Below are positions 19,799 to 29,239 of a stretch of 64,000 nucleotides of DNA, one piece after another; position 1 is the first letter of the stretch, and each line of letters opens with the position of its first letter. This DNA is from an uncultured Prevotellaceae bacterium (lineage in GTDB: Bacteria; Bacteroidota; Bacteroidia; Bacteroidales; Muribaculaceae). A program made the position numbers and the translations under genes. The notes below the pieces were generated by a model. That model searched no databases, had not been told where the DNA came from, and worked only from the letters and a program-made list of their open reading frames with translations. Location of the stretch: NCBI GenBank assembly GCA_900318205.1, contig ONJS01000002.1, positions 18,689 to 82,688 of the forward strand. Reading direction: 5' to 3'.

Positions 19799-21070
19799 AT
19801 GAGAATTAAGATATATCCACCGTTGGCGATCCAGGAGATGGGAAACCGTGACAATCAGGAAGATTACATCTATCCTGAGTTCGGTAAGGCGACCATCAAC
19901 GATCACTTGTTCATCGTGTGTGACGGAATGGGTGGCCATGAGAAAGGTGAAGTGGCTAGCCAAACCTTTGCCGAAGCCCTCGCTGACTATTTCAACGCCA
20001 ATGCTTCGGGCGACAGTGTACTGAAGGATTCGGTAATCGCTGCTGCTCTGGACCATGCTTACAGCAAGCTGGATGCTGCCGACAGCGGCAGCTACAAGAA
20101 GATGGGCACCACGCTCACCCTCCTGTATTTCCATCGTGGCGGAGTGACTGCAGCCCACATCGGTGACAGCCGCATCTATCATCTCAGGCCAGGCAAGAAA
20201 CTGCTCTACGTCAGCCGTGACCATTCATTGGTTTTTGACCTCTACCAGAGCGGTGAGATTACCTATGGCGAGATGAAGACCTCCTTGCAGAAGAACGTCA
20301 TCACTCGTGCCGTGCAGCCTGGAGAGGATAATCGTGTGAAGCCCGATATCATACACATCACCGATGTGAAGCCTGGGGACTATTTCTTCATGTGCAGTGA
20401 CGGTATGCTGGAACGCATGGATGACGATGACGTCCTGAAACTCTTCTCGGGCAGTGGTGATGACGAGAAAAAAAGGAAAAAACTTATCTCGGACACCGCT
20501 TCCAACCAGGACAATCACAGTGCTTACATCATTCATGTGCAGGACGTTATCCATGAGCCGGATGATGCAATCACCGTGAATGAAGAGAATACAGCCCGTT
20601 TCAATGTGCTGAACATGAAACCGCTGAACACCAACACCACCATTCAGAGTGAAGAGGAGGATAATGACTCTACTGTCATGGCCTCTTCGACACCGGTTGA
20701 GTCTGAACCAACGACCGTACGCAGCAGGAAAAAGTCAAGCTGGCTGTGGTGGGCTTTGCTCATCGCTGCGATTGTTGCAGCAGCAGCTTGGCTCGCTCTG
20801 TATGGTTTAGGGGGACGTCAAGAGAAATCCAATCCTGAAAGCTCAACTCCTGTGATGGAAAGCATCCATAACGAGGAACCGGTTAAACCGGTCATCCCTC
20901 ACACCGAAAAACCTCATCGGGTCAAGAGTGCTGATGCCGATCGTGCAGCACAAGAAGCTTCGCAATCGAACACGATGAATAGATACAAGGACTCGATCGA
21001 TGCAGCAAAGAAGCGCCATCAGGCAACTCAAGACAATGCAGACAATGAGCAGGAACCTGATAAGAATTAA
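19799..21070 (+). CDS. PP2C-family Ser/Thr phosphatase with TM helix and C-terminal extracytoplasmic tail
   Basis: NQED, CDGMGGH, HIGDSR, CSDG, DNHS; WLWWALLIAAIVAAAAWL. Confidence 0.92.
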   Translation: MRIKIYPPLAIQEMGNRDNQEDYIYPEFGKATINDHLFIVCDGMGGHEKGEVASQTFAEALADYFNANASGDSVLKDSVIAAALDHAYSKLDAADSGSYKKMGTTLTLLYFHRGGVTAAHIGDSRIYHLRPGKKLLYVSRDHSLVFDLYQSGEITYGEMKTSLQKNVITRAVQPGEDNRVKPDIIHITDVKPGDYFFMCSDGMLERMDDDDVLKLFSGSGDDEKKRKKLISDTASNQDNHSAYIIHVQDVIHEPDDAITVNEENTARFNVLNMKPLNTNTTIQSEEEDNDSTVMASSTPVESEPTTVRSRKKSSWLWWALLIAAIVAAAAWLALYGLGGRQEKSNPESSTPVMESIHNEEPVKPVIPHTEKPHRVKSADADRAAQEASQSNTMNRYKDSIDAAKKRHQATQDNADNEQEPDKN

Positions 21071-21096
21071 CGTCGAAAAAGAAAACACTACGATAT

Positions 21097-22614
21097 ATGT
21101 CTAATCAAGAAAATATCAATATGAAGTCGATGCTCAAGGTGGGTACCGTGTTGCATGGTACTTATCGCATCGACAGTTACCTGTCAAGCGGCGGATTTGG
21201 TAACACTTACGTGGCGACACACATCAATTTCAATGAAAAATACGCCATCAAGGAGTTTTTCATGAAAGGCGTGAATGAACGTGATGGAAACAACACCACC
21301 GTCAGTGTCAGCAACAACGAGAAGGTTACCGAATTTAACGAGCAGCTCGAGAAATTCAAGAAGGAGGCTCGCCGCTTGCGCAAACTCAATAATGATCATA
21401 TTGTCAGGGTATATGACTTGTTCGACGAGAATGGTACGGCCTACTATGTCATGGATTACATCAATGGCGAGAATCTGAAGGAAAAGCTCAAACGCACCGG
21501 ACAACCCATCAGTGAGGCCGAAGCTACCGTTGTACTTGAACAGGTCCTTGACGCTTTACAGGAAGTACATTCCCAGGGTATCTGGCATCTTGACTTGAAG
21601 CCTGCCAATGTGATGGTTGACCAGGAAGGTACTGTCAAACTCATCGACTTCGGTGCCAGCAAGCAGTTCAACAGCAAGACCGGTGGCGCATTGTCCACAT
21701 CGTCAGTAACCTATACCAATGGTTTTGCTCCCATCGAGCAGATGGAGAAGAGCTATGAGAAACTGGGACCCTGGACTGATTTCTATGCCCTTGGAGCAAC
21801 GATTTATAACGTGCTCTCCAATCAGCGTCCTCCCATGCCCAGTGACATCAATGATGACCGCACGCCCGACAAGCATCTTTCCTTGCCTCTGCCCTTCAAC
21901 ACGAGTGAAAGGATGCGCGAGCTGCTCCTGTGGTTGATGAAGACCAACAGGAAGGAGCGCCCCGCATCGGTGAAGGAGATTACTGACTTCATGAGTGCTA
22001 AGTCACTGACCAGCAGCCATGATGTAGAGTCAACAATCCTCAATCAGAGGAAAGCAGCTCCGGTTCAGCAGCCTCTAAGACATCAGGATGACTCAGCTAC
22101 CCTCAACGATGACGAAGATTCTGAAAGCAGCTCCGAGAATACCAAGAAAACCAAGAGGGCTATAGTTCTCGCCGCTTGTGCAGGATTGTTGCTTGCTGTG
22201 GGCTTGTATTTCTTCTTCAATGGTGGCGGCTCCAGCTCCAAGTCTCCGGTTATTCCCGATTCACTGCTGGTTCATGATGTGGTTGATTCAGTATTGACAA
22301 TTCCCCTGGGCGAGTGCAAGTACACGGGAACAGTCAAGAACGGTCTGCCCGACGGTAAAGGCACTGCTGTATTTACTGCCGATGGACAGAAGCTGGTGGG
22401 CGTATTCGAGAATGGTAGTGTTGATGGCGATAGCATCCACATCTACTATTCTAACGGTAATACTTTCGTTGGCTCCTTCAAGAACAATAAGATGCACCAT
22501 GGTCGCTTCACCTGGGTTGATGACGGCTCCTATTTTGAGGGATTCTTCACCGATGGTCAGCCCAATATGAAGAAGGGTGCGATGTATGACAAGAAAGGCA
22601 AACGTATCAATTAA
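21097..22614 (+). CDS. Hanks-type Ser/Thr kinase with TM helix and MORN-like C-terminal repeats
   Basis: GGFGNTY, AIKEF, HLDLKPAN, DFG; TM segment; YTGTVKNGLPDGKG-type repeats. Confidence 0.92.
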   Translation: MSNQENINMKSMLKVGTVLHGTYRIDSYLSSGGFGNTYVATHINFNEKYAIKEFFMKGVNERDGNNTTVSVSNNEKVTEFNEQLEKFKKEARRLRKLNNDHIVRVYDLFDENGTAYYVMDYINGENLKEKLKRTGQPISEAEATVVLEQVLDALQEVHSQGIWHLDLKPANVMVDQEGTVKLIDFGASKQFNSKTGGALSTSSVTYTNGFAPIEQMEKSYEKLGPWTDFYALGATIYNVLSNQRPPMPSDINDDRTPDKHLSLPLPFNTSERMRELLLWLMKTNRKERPASVKEITDFMSAKSLTSSHDVESTILNQRKAAPVQQPLRHQDDSATLNDDEDSESSSENTKKTKRAIVLAACAGLLLAVGLYFFFNGGGSSSKSPVIPDSLLVHDVVDSVLTIPLGECKYTGTVKNGLPDGKGTAVFTADGQKLVGVFENGSVDGDSIHIYYSNGNTFVGSFKNNKMHHGRFTWVDDGSYFEGFFTDGQPNMKKGAMYDKKGKRIN

Positions 22615-22646
22615 ATCAGTGACGCCCTTAGTGTAATCCACGCATC

Positions 22647-23807
22647 ATGAAGAAGTTTTATTGCATAATGCTCTTGTCATTAACGCTGATATTCTCGGCG
22701 GTTTCTGCCTTTGGTCAGGTGGGTCAGGTGAGCAAGCCTATTCAAGCCAAGCCCAGCACGACTAAGGTGAAGAAACCAGCCGGTAACAGCGGCAATAAAA
22801 CATCTAAATCCAATGCCTCCAATCGCTCTGCCTCAAGGAGATCTTCGGCCCCAAGCCGCACCAGCAGCAATGCGACTGCAAATAGCGGCTCTTCATCATC
22901 GGTTGTTACGGTGGCAATCAACTGCAATGCCGAGGCTGCTGATGTCTATATCGATAATTCCTATTATGGCGAGGCCGGAAACTCCTATAATCTGAAGACT
23001 GGTACCCACACTATTCAGTTGGTGGCCGAAGGGTACGAGGACTTTTTGGACAACTTTACGGTAACCGGCTCCAACCGCTCGTTCAATTTCTCGATGACCA
23101 AGAAGGCCCTGCTGTCTGTCCTTGATTTTCTGGACGAGATGGTCTTTGTTCATGGCGGAGCATTCGAGATGGGTTCTAAGGGGCTTGATGCCGAATATGA
23201 TGAGAAGCCTGCCCATGAGGTGATTTTACCTTCTTTCTATATGAGCAAGCATGAAGTGACCCAGCAGTTATGGGTCGATGTGATGGGAGGTAATCCGAGT
23301 GTCCACATGGGTGAATTCAAGCCTGTAGAGTCTGTGTCATGGGAGGATTGCCAGTTGTTCATCTCCCGCTTGAATGCCTTGACAGGCGTGAAGTTCCGTT
23401 TACCCACCGAGGCCGAATGGGAATATGCAGCGCGCGGAGGTAATATGAGCAAAGACTTCAAGTATGCTGGCAGCGACAGCATCAATGACGTGGCATGGTA
23501 TGGTGCCCTTGAAGTGGATCCCCAGGATGTAGGAGGAAAACAACCCAATGAATTGGGGTTATATGATATGTCAGGAAATGTTATGGAATGGTGCTCCGAC
23601 TGGCACGGGTCCTACCATGCCGGAAGGCAAAAGAATCCCACTGGGGCTCAAAGTGGTCAATACCGCATAGTCCGCGGCGGGTGTTGGCAAAGCGATCCGA
23701 GCCATTGCACCGTTACCTATCGTTTCCCGATTCCCCCCGAAGAGGTTAATGAGACCATTGGGTTTAGACTTGTTGCGAAAACTTTGAAAACAAAACATAA
23801 TAAGTGA
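22647..23807 (+). CDS. Secreted PEGA + FGE-sulfatase (SUMF1-fold) protein
   Basis: Signal peptide, S/K-rich linker, PEGA-like segment, RLPTEAEWEYAARGG, GLYDMSGNVMEW. Confidence 0.85.
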   Translation: MKKFYCIMLLSLTLIFSAVSAFGQVGQVSKPIQAKPSTTKVKKPAGNSGNKTSKSNASNRSASRRSSAPSRTSSNATANSGSSSSVVTVAINCNAEAADVYIDNSYYGEAGNSYNLKTGTHTIQLVAEGYEDFLDNFTVTGSNRSFNFSMTKKALLSVLDFLDEMVFVHGGAFEMGSKGLDAEYDEKPAHEVILPSFYMSKHEVTQQLWVDVMGGNPSVHMGEFKPVESVSWEDCQLFISRLNALTGVKFRLPTEAEWEYAARGGNMSKDFKYAGSDSINDVAWYGALEVDPQDVGGKQPNELGLYDMSGNVMEWCSDWHGSYHAGRQKNPTGAQSGQYRIVRGGCWQSDPSHCTVTYRFPIPPEEVNETIGFRLVAKTLKTKHNK

Positions 23808-25126
23808 TGAAAAGATACTTGGTGATATTATTTTCATTCATGTTACTAATGCCTGTGCAGACAGCGTTTGCACAGGTGAGTAACGTTCCTAAACCTAGCA
23901 TAGAAAGGCCAAAGCCACAGCCTAAACCAAGGCCACAGCCTAGGCCGAGGACCCAGTCAAGACCTAAGCCGAGCCCAAGACCTCAGCGTACTCAGCACAA
24001 TGGACCCTCAGTTGATGTGACCTTCAGTTGCAATATTGAGGATGTTCCTGTTTTCATCTCTATTGACGGAAAACAGCCTAGTGATATCGATGAAATCTAC
24101 AACTTGACAATCGGTAATCACAAGGTGCGTGTGACGGCTGACGGTTATGTGCCTTATAGCACTCCCATTAAAGTTGTTGAGGAAGGCGATTTCTTCTATT
24201 TTGAACTCTCGGAGGCAACAGGATACGAGGACTCTGATGTGGGAGATGAAGACGAAGATGAGGCCGAGGTTGATGAACCATCCGCTCCAGTGGATATTAA
24301 TGCTCCATTTGTTGCAAGCGAGTTGCCCCCCGAGTCCTCTCAACCCGAGGTGTCGGTACTTGTCGAAGATCCCGCCAATGCACAGAAGTTCCTGAATGAC
24401 ACGATTACTGTCAACGGCGTCTCGTTTGTCATGGTCTTTGTTCCCGGTGGTACTTATACCAGGTATGAAATTCCTGAGAATCTGGACTCTATCATTGACA
24501 TGAATGTGACGGGCGTGCCACCTGCCCACAGGGTCTCCTTGTCCAATTTCCACATCGGCATGTGTGAGGTGACATGGGATTTGTGGTATGCGGTCATGGA
24601 GGATAGCATCGTTGATTACTACCACAATCGTCCCTATGACGAAGCGACTTGGGTTGATTGCCAACAATTCATTGATAAGCTCAATAAACTGACAGGAAAG
24701 ACGTTCAGACTGCCTACCGATGCTGAATGGGAATATGCCGCCCGTGGCGGAAACAGGTCTAACGGATATGTCTATTCCGGCAGCAACAATATCGATGAGG
24801 TGGCTTGGTACTATGAGAATTATGAAGGAGAATGGCACGAGGTTGCTACCAAGGCGCCCAATGAATTGGGTATCTATGACATGACGGGTGGCGCCTGTGA
24901 ATGGTGTGCAGACTGGTATAATTGGCCTGATGCCAATGAGAACACGCCGCCTCTCGTCAATCCTAAAGGCCCGCTGGAGGAACAGAAAAACAGCAGGAGC
25001 GGTAATCCCATGGGACGCACCATCAGGGGCGGCAGCTATGGTCAGGACGCCGCTATGTGCTGCGTGTTCAAGATTTATTATGCCAATCTTCAGAAGGCCC
25101 GCTATGGTTTACGCTTAGCGATGTAA
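23804..25126 (+). CDS. Second secreted PEGA + FGE-sulfatase-fold protein with Pro/Arg-rich linker
   Basis: PKPQPKPRPQPRP linker; RLPTDAEWEYAARGG; GIYDMTGGACEW. Confidence 0.85.
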   Translation: MMKRYLVILFSFMLLMPVQTAFAQVSNVPKPSIERPKPQPKPRPQPRPRTQSRPKPSPRPQRTQHNGPSVDVTFSCNIEDVPVFISIDGKQPSDIDEIYNLTIGNHKVRVTADGYVPYSTPIKVVEEGDFFYFELSEATGYEDSDVGDEDEDEAEVDEPSAPVDINAPFVASELPPESSQPEVSVLVEDPANAQKFLNDTITVNGVSFVMVFVPGGTYTRYEIPENLDSIIDMNVTGVPPAHRVSLSNFHIGMCEVTWDLWYAVMEDSIVDYYHNRPYDEATWVDCQQFIDKLNKLTGKTFRLPTDAEWEYAARGGNRSNGYVYSGSNNIDEVAWYYENYEGEWHEVATKAPNELGIYDMTGGACEWCADWYNWPDANENTPPLVNPKGPLEEQKNSRSGNPMGRTIRGGSYGQDAAMCCVFKIYYANLQKARYGLRLAM

Positions 25127-25159
25127 ACTGATCGCTCTACAGTAATAACTCATCATGTG

Positions 25160-25191
25160 AAGCACATCCTGCCAGAATTCAGGATGTGCTT
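25160..25191. terminator. Inverted repeat closing the signalling cluster, overlapping the nhaC-like stop codon
   Basis: aagcacatcctg / caggatgtgctt, followed by tcttc. Confidence 0.7.
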
Positions 25192-26636
25192 TCTTCTGCC
25201 GGATGATGCCGTTTGATCTTCCAGCCAATGGCTGCTACGATAATGGTTGTCAGCGGGCTAAGGATATTAAAGAAGCAGTAGGGCAGGTAGGTGAGGGTGG
25301 GGACGCCTAGCACTGTCGCTTGCGTCATGCCGCATGTATTCCAGGGCACGAGTACTGATGTCACAGTGGCGGCATCCTCGGTGGTACGACTCAACAGACG
25401 CCCTTCATAGCCTTCCTTTTTGTAAATATCGCGGAACATATCGGCTGTGAGAACAATACTGATGAATTGGTCGCCTGTTGTGAGATTGAGGAAAATACCT
25501 GTTCCCACAGTAGAGGAAACCAGGCTCGTCCGCGAGCGTACCCACTTGACGACGACATTGGTGATGCTTCCAAGCATACCACTAGCCACCATGACAGCAC
25601 CGAAGCACAAAGCACACAGGATGAGCCAAATGGTATTCAACATTCCTGCCATACCTCCAGTTGATACCAGGTCATTAAGGGCATCGAAACCCGTCTGCAC
25701 AGCAGTGGATCCATAGTAAGTTATCGCCAAACCCTTGAAAATGGCTGCTGGAGTGCTCAACGTCGGGTCGTCGGCAATCTGGCACAGGATGTGGGGTTGC
25801 AGGATAATAGCGGTAATGCCCGCAATGATTGAAGAGACAAACAACACGACCAGTGAAGGCACCTTGCGGGCGATGAGGATTCCGGTAATCAGCGGAACGA
25901 GCAATGTCCACAACGAGATGTTAAAGGTAGAATCCAATCCATCGACATACTGATCAATGTGGAGGGCATCTTCACTGCCATGCCCAAGACCGGCAACCAG
26001 GAAGATGACAAGCGTGATAAGAATGGATGGTGTGGTGGTCAGTACCATGTAACGGATGTGCTCAAAGATATCCACCCTCACCGATGACGATGCAAGAATG
26101 GTCGTGTCACTCAAGGGCGACATCTTGTCACCGAAATAGGCTCCCGAGATGATGGCACCGGCTGTCCATGCTTCGGAGATGCCCAATGCTTGACCGATAC
26201 CCAACAGGGCTACACCAATGGTGGCAATCGTTGTCCAGGAACTGCCTGACAGCAGCGATATTAAGGCACAAATGACACAGGCGCTCACCAGAAAGAAACT
26301 GGGTGACAGAATATGTATGCCATAATAAATGAGTGTGGGTACCACACCACTGATCATCCACGACCCCGCGAGCATACCCACCGTCAACAGGATGAGCAGA
26401 GTGACAGACACGTCACCGATGGTTTTGGTCATTTGTCGCTCAAATGTTTTCCATGGTATGTGGTAACATGTCATCGAAATGAGCACGCATACGGCAACTC
26501 CCATTAACAGAGCAATCTGACTGCCGCCACTCAATGCATCACTGCCAAACAATGTGATGACGATGCTTATCAGGATGATTAGAACGACAACGGGAATAAT
26601 CGCTACGAGGGGATGAGGATGTTTGCGTTCGGTCAT
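25179..26636 (-). CDS. NhaC-family Na+/H+ antiporter
   Basis: GSSWTT, GAYFGDKMSPLSDTT, PWNTCG. Confidence 0.9.
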   Translation of the reverse strand: MTERKHPHPLVAIIPVVVLIILISIVITLFGSDALSGGSQIALLMGVAVCVLISMTCYHIPWKTFERQMTKTIGDVSVTLLILLTVGMLAGSWMISGVVPTLIYYGIHILSPSFFLVSACVICALISLLSGSSWTTIATIGVALLGIGQALGISEAWTAGAIISGAYFGDKMSPLSDTTILASSSVRVDIFEHIRYMVLTTTPSILITLVIFLVAGLGHGSEDALHIDQYVDGLDSTFNISLWTLLVPLITGILIARKVPSLVVLFVSSIIAGITAIILQPHILCQIADDPTLSTPAAIFKGLAITYYGSTAVQTGFDALNDLVSTGGMAGMLNTIWLILCALCFGAVMVASGMLGSITNVVVKWVRSRTSLVSSTVGTGIFLNLTTGDQFISIVLTADMFRDIYKKEGYEGRLLSRTTEDAATVTSVLVPWNTCGMTQATVLGVPTLTYLPYCFFNILSPLTTIIVAAIGWKIKRHHPAEESTS

Positions 26637-26749
26637 ATGATTTGTGATGTCTGTGGTTCTTATTGTGGTTTAAATGTGCAAATATATAAAAAAATCCCAT
26701 TTATAGGGTTATTCTTTCCAAAAAGACAATTTTTGAGTAACTTAGCGGC

Positions 26750-29221
26750 ATGAAACAGATCATGAGACTATTATTTGTTGCCGTTTGTCTAATGGCAATA
26801 TCCGGGATGACGGTGCAGGCAGTCCCCGTCGAGAATGGCGTGTCTTGGGCGTTGGCACAATACCGCTCGGCCCATATCAGTGACGTGAATTACAGCCTGT
26901 CGTTCACGGTGCCAGCCTTGAAGTCCCAACCTGTCTATTTCGAGGAAACGCTATTGTTTAATTGGACGGGTGACGAAGACCTGCAGATTGATTTTCAGGG
27001 CGAGTCCAATCAACTTTCCAATGAGATTATTGTCAATGGCACGAGATTGAAGACTGTGTTGAGCGATGAGCACATCGTGATTCCTCTCCAGTATTTAGTA
27101 CAGGGCGAGAACTCGGTGTCTATCAGCGGCTATAGTGGAGACAAGGCTTTGAACCGTAGCGATGACTACATGTACACCTTGTTCGTGCCCGACCATGCCC
27201 GCAGCGTGTTCCCTTGCTTTGACCAGCCTGATCTGAAGGCAGTTTTTGACCTAAAACTGGATATCCCTGAGGGCTGGGTAAGTATCAGCAACCAGACACG
27301 AAAGCCCATTCCCACCTACCTATTCTCGTTCACAACAGGAAAATTCCAGGTGAAGACGGCAACCCGCGACGGACGCCTGCTCACCGCCTTGTACCGAGAG
27401 ACCGATCCTGCCAAGGTGGCACAACTGCCCATCGTGTTTGACCAGGTGGCGCTGTCATTGCGATGGATGGAGGAATACACCGCCATTCCGTACCCCTTTG
27501 AGCACTATGGTTTTATTGTCCTGCCTGGCTACCAGTTCGGCGGCATGGAGCATCCCGGTTGCATTCAGTTCAACGACCAGCGCATCTTCCTCGGCCCGGA
27601 ACCTACGCCCGACGAGGAATTGTCACGCCTCAACCTCATTGCCCACGAGACGGCCCACATGTGGTTTGGCGACTTGGTGACCATGCGTTGGTTCGACGAC
27701 GTGTGGACCAAGGAAGTCTATGCCAATTTCATGGCCGATAAAATTTCACGAGAGCAGTTCCCTGACATTGACCATGACCTGGCCTTCATCAAGGCTCATT
27801 ATCCGATAGCCATGAGCACCGACCGCACTCGGGGCACTCATCCCATCCAGCAACCATTGGATAATCTGAACAAGGCTGGATTGCTCTATGGCAACATCAT
27901 CTATCACAAGGCGCCTATCATGATGAACAAACTCGAGAAGGAAAAAGGTGCCGATGCCCTGCAACTAGGGCTGCGCAGTTACCTCAGCCGTTATGCCTAC
28001 AGCAATGCCACCTGGGATGACCTGATTGTCGAACTCGACCGTTTCAACCCCGAGCACAGCGCCCAGTCCTTCAGCGACGTGTGGGTCAAGCAGAAGGGAA
28101 TGCCTGTCATCTATCCCATCCGAATGAGTGACGTTGTCCGTGTGCGTCAGTCCGACCCTTATGGCCGCAACTTGGTGTGGAAACAGGGCTTTGACATCGG
28201 CTATGTGGATGAGAACGGCAGGTTTAGCCAGCACCCCATTTATATGAACGATCGCGACTATTTGTTCTACTTGGGTTATAACGATGGCCTGTTTGTCAAC
28301 AGCAATGCCGAGGGCTATGGCCAGTTTAAACTTCGTTGTGAGGGCATCTCGAGGATGTCCGAAGCCTGGAAAACGATGGTCGACAATGACCTGGCCCGCT
28401 ATGCCGCCGTGCTCACCCTCTACGAGAACCTTCATCTGGGCACCATCAAGGCAACGGAACTGATGAATATGCTGCTCGAATTCCTCTCACATGAGCAAAA
28501 CGAACTGATTGCCTCGACGACATGCACGTTTATCAACAATTTGATTTCTCGTATTGATAGGGAACCTCGTGCCGAGATAGAACAGCAGTTGTTTGAAATG
28601 ATGCAGACACACAGCCTGTCGTCTGTGCGCCAGACGTTATTGCGCCAACTATCACTCAAGGCCATTTCTCCCAATGTTGTGGACAAGCTATATGACATCA
28701 GGGAAAAACATAGTGCTTCGTTCCTGAATAACCGTGACTATATGCGCATGGCCTATCATCTTGCCATCATGTTGCCTGAACGATGGCAGAACATTCTTGC
28801 CATTCAGAAGGAGCGGCTCACGACCGATGATGAGCGACGTGAGTTTGACTTTGTGTCTCGTGTCTGCAATCCCGACAGTAAGGTACAGCTGCAATTGTTC
28901 AATGAATTGCTTGAAGTGGAGAACCGTCGGGTAGAGCCCTGGACTCGCACCGCTTTGGCCTTGCTTAACGACCCGGAACGTGAACCATGGAGTAACCGTT
29001 ATCTGGAGCCTGGGCTTGATGAGTTAGAAGAAATCCAGCGCACGGGTGATATCTTCTTCCCCGGTTACTGGTTGTCAAGCCTGTTAGAAGGACACAGCAG
29101 TCAAGAGGCGCGTGAAAAGGTCACCAAGTGGATTGATGCACATCCACAGCTTGCTCCAGCTTTAAAGAACAAACTTCTGGAAAACGCTTATTGGCTGCTA
29201 GATATGCAAAATCCAAAGTGA
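26750..29221 (+). CDS. Secreted M1-family aminopeptidase
   Basis: GGMEH exopeptidase motif; HETAH-x18-E zinc motif; signal peptide. Confidence 0.9.
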   Translation: MKQIMRLLFVAVCLMAISGMTVQAVPVENGVSWALAQYRSAHISDVNYSLSFTVPALKSQPVYFEETLLFNWTGDEDLQIDFQGESNQLSNEIIVNGTRLKTVLSDEHIVIPLQYLVQGENSVSISGYSGDKALNRSDDYMYTLFVPDHARSVFPCFDQPDLKAVFDLKLDIPEGWVSISNQTRKPIPTYLFSFTTGKFQVKTATRDGRLLTALYRETDPAKVAQLPIVFDQVALSLRWMEEYTAIPYPFEHYGFIVLPGYQFGGMEHPGCIQFNDQRIFLGPEPTPDEELSRLNLIAHETAHMWFGDLVTMRWFDDVWTKEVYANFMADKISREQFPDIDHDLAFIKAHYPIAMSTDRTRGTHPIQQPLDNLNKAGLLYGNIIYHKAPIMMNKLEKEKGADALQLGLRSYLSRYAYSNATWDDLIVELDRFNPEHSAQSFSDVWVKQKGMPVIYPIRMSDVVRVRQSDPYGRNLVWKQGFDIGYVDENGRFSQHPIYMNDRDYLFYLGYNDGLFVNSNAEGYGQFKLRCEGISRMSEAWKTMVDNDLARYAAVLTLYENLHLGTIKATELMNMLLEFLSHEQNELIASTTCTFINNLISRIDREPRAEIEQQLFEMMQTHSLSSVRQTLLRQLSLKAISPNVVDKLYDIREKHSASFLNNRDYMRMAYHLAIMLPERWQNILAIQKERLTTDDERREFDFVSRVCNPDSKVQLQLFNELLEVENRRVEPWTRTALALLNDPEREPWSNRYLEPGLDELEEIQRTGDIFFPGYWLSSLLEGHSSQEAREKVTKWIDAHPQLAPALKNKLLENAYWLLDMQNPK

Positions 29222-29239
29222 CCACCATAAAGGCTATGG

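Noticed and set aside
22647-25126. FGE-fold genes as diversity-generating retroelement targets
   Set aside because: No reverse transcriptase, and no template/variable repeat pair differing at adenines, seen in the window.
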